Source of the DNA: Chrysomallon squamiferum
Lineage: Eukaryota > Animalia > Mollusca
Assembly (NCBI GenBank): GCA_012295275.1
Contig: CM022679.1
Location: forward strand, 28,334,001 to 28,398,000
Length of the DNA: 64,000 nucleotides
Reading direction: 5' to 3'
Shown: piece by piece, positions 56,460-64,000 of the stretch
Layout of the letters: each line of letters starts with the position of its first letter
Position numbering within the stretch: the stretch's first letter is position 1
Notes under the pieces: model-generated
Seen by the model: only the letters and a program-made list of their open reading frames with translations
Told to the model about the DNA's origin: nothing
The model's database searches: none
Program-made: the position numbers and the translations under genes

Positions 56460-57722
56460 ATATATATACATTTGTATCTTTTTTATATATGTACTGACGT
56501 ACGTTCGGACAGATGTCTACATGTGTGTCTGTAGCATGTTTCTGTTCAAAGTGAAAAGTGTTTTGCCTACTTGCAGTTTGACGCTCTCGTTGCCTGCGCC
56601 CGTATTTCCGCCGACTCCAGACAGAGCGAAGTTTGCACCGTTGGAAGGTTGTCGTTTAGCCGAGACGATGTTCTCAATGCTGTCCTTCTCCAGAGCTAGG
56701 ACCATTCCTCCCTGTTCTATCTTCTTAGCCGAGCCGTCCGTCATTACTTTGTCCAGAAGTTTCAGTGTGTTGTCTGACGTTTCACGGAAGTTTTTCAGTG
56801 TGGCTTTCAGCTTGAAAACAACAAACGAAAACAGATCAGAATAGGCGAAGAAAAAGAGATGAGGGTGGGGGTAAAGAAAGAAGAGTTTTTTGGGGGGGAA
56901 AAGAAAAAGAAGAGAAAGAAAAAAGTAATAAAGAAACAATTAAGAAAAACAGTGTTGTGAACTTGGTGAATGTTGGTGAAGTTGTTAAGTTATTATTGCA
57001 AGTATTACGTACTAGGACAGACTGGCTATCAGTCACAGTGAACTGTGACTGATAACAATACACAATGTTATACCTTATATTCAAAACCGTTACTACTATC
57101 GTAATTACACTTGAAAAGGAGGCAGTCACATATAAGTATATAAAATACGTGTAATCTGGTTAAACTATACAAATAAACTCTAACACAAAACTTGAAAAAT
57201 GCAAGACACTATTAGTTCCATTGTAACATAAAAAATAAATTGAAAGGGAAATATGTTCCCTGTGATAAATGATGATCAGATCGCCACCTCTGTCCTACCA
57301 GTGCCCGCTTGTTACTGCTTTCTCTCTGTTAGACAAAACTAATCTGGTTGTTAATCATTAACAGTGGAGAAGAAGTTAACACAGCTTCTGTTATAATAAC
57401 AAAAACCCGTTTACCTCATTAGTTCTTTCATTCATTCAGTCACTCATGCAGGCATGTCTTCGTTCACAAATCAGATAACCACAGACACACTGCGGAATTC
57501 AACGTACATTTCGCAGCATTTTCTCTTTCTTCACAAGGTTTCTCTTGGCGGCCACTTTTTTCATGTATTTTCTTTCAATTTTGTTGAACATTTTCTGACT
57601 CTCGCTCAGTTCTTCAGTGTAGAACATTTCGGCGCCGTCTATGTCAGTTATATTCTCCGACACAACGACGTCAGCGACGTTTTTATTGACGTTCATCTGA
57701 GCACTGGTGACAGCTGCGTGTA

Positions 57723-57762
<40 letters not shown>

Positions 57763-58135
57763 GTAGTAGTAGTAATATGGTAGTAGTAGTAGTAGTAGTA
57801 GTATGGTAGTAATAATGCTAACAGTAGTGTAGAAGTAATTATAACAATACTTATGATCAATGAATGTATGTATTTAATTATGAAAAAAATAATATATGCG
57901 TGCTTGTATTTTTCGTTTTTGTCTCTATGTGCATGTCTGTGTATGCTTGCTTGGTATATGTATGTATATATGTATGTAAGTGTGCGCGTGTGTGCGTAGT
58001 TTACCCTGAATAGCGGCTGTCACTTGGTTGACGTCTCTGCTGTTGCTGAGTATTTTAAGTAAAATCTCGCTCAGTGACTTTATTCCTCGAGAGGCACTCG
58101 ACTGAAACAAAAATAACAAACAAGACAAAATTTAC

Positions 58136-58181
<46 letters not shown>

Positions 58182-61100
58182 ATAAATAAATCAATAAATA
58201 CAAAATGGATATAAATAATAAGGAAAACAAATAATCAAACGGGAATAAAAAAAAATTAAAAAAAATTTCAAACACTTACCAAAACGTTCGGTTTTACAAC
58301 GCTTGGCTTTTTCACTGCTGTTGCTAAAGACGTAGTCATCATAACGAGGATGTCGGGAGCAGGTGGAGATGCAGCGACACCGTCTTCCCCCGTGACTGTC
58401 AGCGAATCGATCGACGTCAGAATAGCGTTAGTAAACGTTTCCGTGGCCTGGTGACAACGACAACAACAGTTAAAAAATAATGACATGAATGAATATAAAT
58501 AAAAAAAAAAAAATAAAATAAATAAATACACATAAAGGATTTAACAGAAACAAAATGATATAAATCTATAAAACAGTAACAGTACAGTGTCCATCTGTTG
58601 GTGTTTTATGCGTATTAAAATAATTATTTTATATAATGTATTTCTACATTACATACATATTTTCCCCTTTGCATAGAGAGAAAGAGAGAGGTGTTTATTT
58701 TCGTACGTGTGTGTGTCCGTGAGTGTGTGTATGAGAGATAGAAAAAGTATGTTTTGTGTCTCTGACTCTCACCTTCTCTTTTTGTATGTGTGTTTGTGTG
58801 TCTGTGCGTGTAATACACATATGCTGACTATTGATCGTTTGCGAAAATATGTAAGTACATATTGTGCGTGTATGTTACTGCGCGCCGATATATATATATG
58901 TGCACGTGTGTGTATGTGCATGTATGTGTGTGTATGTATATATATAGTGTGTATGTATGTGTATGTATGTGTGTGTATGTATGTTTATAGTGTGTGTGTA
59001 TGTATGTATGTTTATAGTGTGTGTATGTATGTGTGTGTGTGTGTATGTATGTTTATAGTGTGTGTATGTATGTTTGTGTGTGTATGTGTATGTATCATTT
59101 TCTGTGGTTACTTTTCGTAGCTGAGAGGCACGCGGGTCCTCTTTCGTGAGCTGTGTCAAAGCAGTCGCTGCAGCATCGTTGACATTGTCGTCCGGAGAGA
59201 TGGAGCGGACAGCATCATCGGCTGTGATTTCAGGTATTTGCTGAAGTAAACGACACAGAATTCTATAAAAACTGTAAACATGAGACAAAGATGTAAATAT
59301 TAACACTAATATATTTTTTGATCACTCGGCACTGTTTAAACATAAAATAAATTATATTAGTATTTTCCTTGAAATTCTTGCGAAACATTACCCAGGTAGA
59401 TACTGAATTACAGATATAAATAAGATTCGTTTTATTGTAGTTGAAGAAAATACAGATTCACGAAATATACTTCACAGACTCTGAAACGCAACATTAATAA
59501 TATCATTTTATAATTATTATTATTACTATTATTATTTTTATTTTTTTTTAGCAAACCTCAGTTTCAAGTGCTGATTGTTTGCTACAGAATATATATATAT
59601 ATATATATATATTTTGCTTTTGTTAAATGAATTTTGAGAATACAGTATTTGATAAAAGCTGCAGGATATTGCAAGTCAGTGGAAAACAGATTTGTTTTCA
59701 TGTGACAGACACATACCACGGTGTTGATAGCAGATATAAACGCAGCGGCAACCTTGACAGTCTGCTCTGGATCTTTGCTGTTTGCTAACATCGTCAACGT
59801 CGCTGCAGACTTCTCCAAAAATGTTGTGATGGCAGCACTGGCGGCATCAGTTGCATTAGCATCGTTAGCGTCTGAACTGCTAGCAGTGGTTAGGGGAATA
59901 TCAGGCAGCGGGTTTCTCACCTGTAAAGTGTTAGAAGAAAACTGATTTTGTGTCTGAGCAGTATTAAATAAACTGGGTTAAAGCGGTGATCACAGTACTT
60001 ACTGTATTAAATAAACTGGGTTAAAGCGGTGATGACAGTACTTACTGTATTATATAAACTGGGTTAAACGGCGATCACAGTACTTTCTGTATTAAATAAA
60101 CTGGGTTAAAGCGGTGATCACAGTACTTACTGTATTATATAAACTGGGTTAAAGCGGTGATCACAGTACTTACTGTATTAAATAAACTGGGTTAAAGCGG
60201 TGATCACAGTACTTACTGTATTAAATAAACTGGGTTAAAGCGGTGATGACAGTACTTACTGTATTAAATAAACTGGGTTAAACGGCGATCACAGTACTTT
60301 CTGTATTAAATAAACTGGGTTAAAGCGGTGATCACAGTACTTTCTGTATTAAATAAACTGGGTTAAAGCGGTGATGACAGTACTTACTGTATTAAATAAA
60401 CTGGGTTAAAGCGGTGATGACAGTACTTACTGTATTAAATAAACTGGGTTAAAGCGGTGATGACAGTACTTACTGTATTAAATAAACTGGGTTAAAGCGG
60501 TGATGACAGTACTTACTGTATTAAATAAACTGGGTTAAAGCGGTGATCACAGTACTTACTGTATTAAATAAACTGGGTTAAAGCGGTGATGACAGTACTT
60601 ACTGTATTATATAAACTGGGTTAAACGGCGATCACAGTACTTTCTGTATTAAATAAACTGGGTTAAAGCGGTGATCACAGTACTTTCTGTATTAAATAAA
60701 CTGGGTTAAAGCGGTGATGACAGTACTTACTGTATTAAATAAACTGGGTTAAAGCGGTGATGACAGTACTTACTGTATTAAATAAACTGGGTTAAAGCGG
60801 TGATGACAGTACTTACTGTATTAAATAAACTGGGTTAAAGCGGTGATGACAGTACTTACTGTATTAAATAAACTGGATTAAAGCGGTGATGACAGTACTT
60901 ACGGTATTAAATAAACTGGGTGATGACAGTACTTACTGTATTAAATAAACTGGGTTAAAGCGGTGATCACAGTACTTACTGTATTAAATAAACTGGGTTA
61001 AAGCGGTGATGACAGTACTTACTGTATTATATAAACTGGGTGATCACAGTACTTACTGTATTAAATAAACTGGGTTAAAGCGGTGATGACAGTACTTACT

Positions 61101-61878
61101 GTATTAAATAAACTGGGTTAAAGCGGTGATGACAGTACTTACGGTATTAAATAAACTGGGTGATGACAGTACTTACTGTATTATATAAACTGGGTGATCA
61201 CAGTACTTACTGTATTAAATAAACTGGGTTAAAGCGGTGATCACAGTACTTACTGTATTAACTAAACTGGGTTAAAGCGGTGATGACAGTACTTACTGTA
61301 TTATATAAACTGGGTGATCACAGTACTTACTGTATTATATAAACTGGGTGATCACAGTACTTACTGTATTAAATAAACTGGGTGATCACAATATTACTGT
61401 ATTATATAAACTGGGTGATCACAGTACTTTCTGTATTAAATAAACTGGGTGATCACAGTACTTACTGTATTATATAAACTTGGTGATCACAGTACTTTCT
61501 GTATTAAATAAACTGGGTGAACACAGTACTTACTGTATTATATAAACTGGGTGATCACAGTACTTACTGTATTAACTAAGAGGTGATCACAGTACTTACT
61601 GTTACTCTTTCTAACACGACCGCTTCACTCTTGAAGATGTCTTGAATTTTGAACTCTATCTGACACTCGTAGTTATCTTCCTTAGGACACACCTCCAGAT
61701 TCTGAACAGTAGAAGACTCGCCTGAAATTATCAGTAAGTAAATAAATAAATCAATGACTCAATCAGACAAGCAAATAAATAAATAAATAAATAAATTTAA
61801 CACAGATCAAACAAACTAATACATAAACAAACAATTCTTTTCTCTCTCCACACAACCATACAGACATATATTTTTTTT

Positions 61879-61940
<62 letters not shown>

Positions 61941-62890
61941 CCACACGTGTTTATCAGTGGATTTCTCTCCCTGTTGTTTTCTGACACCTTACTTACATAA
62001 CTATATAAATACATCTGAATGTCATTCTCTACATATCTGTCTTTCTAGTCACTGGTCTCTCTCTCTATCTGTCTATCAGTCTGTCTTTCTCTCTCATTCT
62101 GACAGTGGGTCTGTATGTCTCTGTATTCTCTGACATCAACCACTCTGAGACTGTTATACATGAACGGACGTGCATAATTTCTTACTTCCAGAATAAATGA
62201 GTTGACTTTCGTTTCCTTTCAGCTGTGTGACTGTGTATGTGAGCGACTCGCTTCTGTCTTTTGTGTCATCACGTTCAGTGCGTGATCCTTCATCCTTCCA
62301 GTTCTCACATGCAAACGTAAAGTGGTCAATAGTTGAAGTACCTGGTTTTAAATATTAAAGTGAGCCTAAGTAAATGTACATAACAAATAAATTAGTCAAG
62401 ATACATTGCGATTAAAACAACAAATATAATCACAGAGAACGTAGTTCTTTATAACATACACAAACACGGACACATACATACACACATACACATATAGAGA
62501 CATATGGATATGCTCATATGCAAGTGCACATAAATACACATGACTGTTGATTCTAGCACAAACAGGAAGATACAGACGAATTTCAAATGGCTTCGAGTAG
62601 TATTAGTCGCTCAGAAACTGAACACATTCAGTGACGTTCAAACATACAGCTACACAGCAAAACATACGCGTACATACACCGACACACGTAATGTCCAAAC
62701 AGTTAAATCAAACTAATACCATCTGAAGGTTTCACCGAGCATGTTCCGCCATAAGGTTCCTCGTTAACAGCATAGGCGACAGCGGAGAATCCAGGAGATA
62801 TGTTTGGTATAGTTACTGTGAGCTTTAACTTGTAGCTTCTCCCCGTTTCCATGAAATCTTCTTTCAGATCAAACGCTTTGGAGTTGAATC
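48072..62890 (-). CDS. Polycystin-1-family (PKD1L/PKDREJ-like) receptor-channel, paralog B; 5'-partial, last 21 exons
   Basis: Exons 5'->3': 62890-62720, 62341-62186, 61721-61600, 59920-59717, 59240-59112, 58447-58280, 58101-58005, 57713-57508, 56810-56571, 56174-55724, 55338-55088, 54743-54510, 53422-53252, 52936-52776, 52509-52111, 51735-51408, 51278-51158, 50551-50286, 50079-49905, 49689-48457, 48151-48072. Frame is open throughout. They correspond to paralog A exons 4-24, with identical sizes of 122, 234, 161 and 175 nt at four exons. Motifs: VNEEPYGGTCSVKP, FFVPPNMIDF, IWHDNSG, HLWLS..FSRVQRVGCC, YGGGGY, WINRQTRAVFLEFTVYS. The 5' exons are expected beyond the window. Confidence 0.92.
48457..49689 (-). 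CDS. Paralog B penultimate exon: TOP domain and TRPP-like channel segments
   Basis: 418-aa ORF 48422..49678, colinear with paralog A exon 23. A second same-phase donor exists at 48477. Confidence 0.93.
54000..54502. repeat. ~19-21 bp A-rich minisatellite (AAACATAAACACTAAAATTA) abutting the paralog B donor at 54509
   Basis: More than 20 degenerate copies, directly visible. Confidence 0.9.
59961..61602. repeat. 43-bp/34-bp tandem array (~40 units) filling a paralog B intron; intact units carry the intron's own 5' splice site
   Basis: Unit GTATTAAATAAACTGGGTTAAAGCGGTGATSACAGTACTTACT, period 43 (59961, 60004). The 34-bp variant lacks 9 nt. Minus strand ACA|GTAAGTACTGT matches the true donor at 61599. 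Confidence 0.97.
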
Positions 62891-63092
62891 CTGTCATTAA
62901 ATGATATAAAATGAAATAAGTCATTTAAATTCTCCAAGTAAAATAAGTGAACAAATCAGAAGAACCACACACACAGACATGTACACACATACATATACAC
63001 ACAAATGAAGCTTAATAAATAGTGAACTGTCGTCTGTGTGTATATATATATATACGTATGCATCTATATCTGTCTGTCTGTCTGTCTATCTG

Positions 63093-63170
<78 letters not shown>

Positions 63171-63489
63171 AATCTATCAATCTATGGAAATTAATTAAGC
63201 AACACTCATATTTGCTCTTAAAGAGCAAATGTAACGAACTAGTGGAAAGGATTTCCATACCATATGAAATTTTCATTGAACAGAAAAGGATGAGGAGAAA
63301 CATAAACAGTAACACCATGACACAATGTGGTTTACTTCAAGATGCTACTGATTTGGGAAACAACTGTGGTACATTCAAAAACATTGCGAATTTCAGTGTT
63401 ATTGTACAGACTTAACTGTCAGTACCATGCACACATGTGGTTCACGGAATTAGAAAATAATGTCTGGCAAATCCAAATACTGACCTTCC

Positions 63490-63849
63490 ATCAGTATCTC
63501 ATGTAATCTCACTACACACGAACAGCTACTTCAAGACGCCTCCTCATTCCTTGGATCAATCTCGTTTTGAGGAACCCTGTTCCAATCCTCAGCTAAACAG
63601 CAGTCAATTCACTGAGGGAGTCTCTCTGTCGGACATAACATCCTAAAATGTCTCGCAGAGGCTCAGTGGGATTGAAATCTGCTCTCATGGCTGGCCACGG
63701 AATGGTCTCAACAGTATTGTGTTGCACAAACTGGCTGAAGCATGTGCTCTGAGAGACTTGGCATTGAGATGGGTCTTGTGGCACATTCCTGCATCTCTCA
63801 TTCCAATAATTTGCCGCCTTGTAGCCTCTGACAATTTACGACGTGCCAT
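63490..63849 (-). mobile_element. Degenerate, internally deleted Tc1/mariner DNA transposon remnant in an intron of paralog B; the element probably spans ~63210 to beyond the window end
   Basis: Minus strand reads a Tc1-type start MARRKLSEATRRQIIGMRDAGM (ATG at 63849). About 100 nt later come C-terminal DDE-region motifs TIPWPAMRADFNPTEPLRDILG (cf. WPxxSPDLNPIExLW) and LIQGMRRRLEVAVRV**DYMRY* (cf. SMxRRxxAVIxxxGxxTRY). Stops and frameshifts are present. Confidence 0.85.
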
Positions 63850-64000
63850 GTCAATGATCGTGCAAGTTGACAGGAGAGTGAATGACAGTTCATGTGCATT
63901 GTTTGCTATTCACCAAGATGCCACATTTCAATACTGCATTCAGGAAATTGCTCTATTTCCTTAATTCACAGAACTATAGGCCTTTGAACTGGGTGTTGCT

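Noticed and set aside
59961-61602. Palindromic repeat array as CRISPR or iteron
   Set aside because: Head-to-tail units with no unique spacers; the unit derives from the local splice donor.

Overview
AT-rich, microsatellite-dense animal genomic DNA. It looks invertebrate, probably molluscan or another lophotrochozoan, but that is an impression and not provable here. I traced three spliced minus-strand genes by hand with GT-AG junctions and consistent phases. (1) A complete 14-exon SEC14L1/real-time gene (21920->11225, 712 aa). (2) A 24-exon polycystin-1-family gene 'A' (44342->25546; PKD repeats-REJ-GAIN/GPS-TM-PLAT-TRPP-like channel, ~2835 aa) with a 1-nt frameshift in an A5 run at 29348-29352. 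(3) The last 21 exons of a tandem paralog 'B' (>62890->48072). Also present: an internally deleted Tc1/mariner remnant at the right edge, a probable tRNA-SINE fragment and many tandem repeats. Most unusual: several intronic arrays are built from copies of the gene's own splice site plus flanking exon (5 extra donors, 7 extra acceptors, and one intron made almost entirely of about 40 copies of its own donor). Both polycystins lack the GPS HL|T/S autoproteolysis motif, and paralog B carries a furin site plus a glycosylated linker just before the GPS. There is also a sharp CpG-poor/CpG-rich boundary at the SEC14L1 promoter. I see no prokaryotic-type system, and none of these observations is proven novel without database searches.
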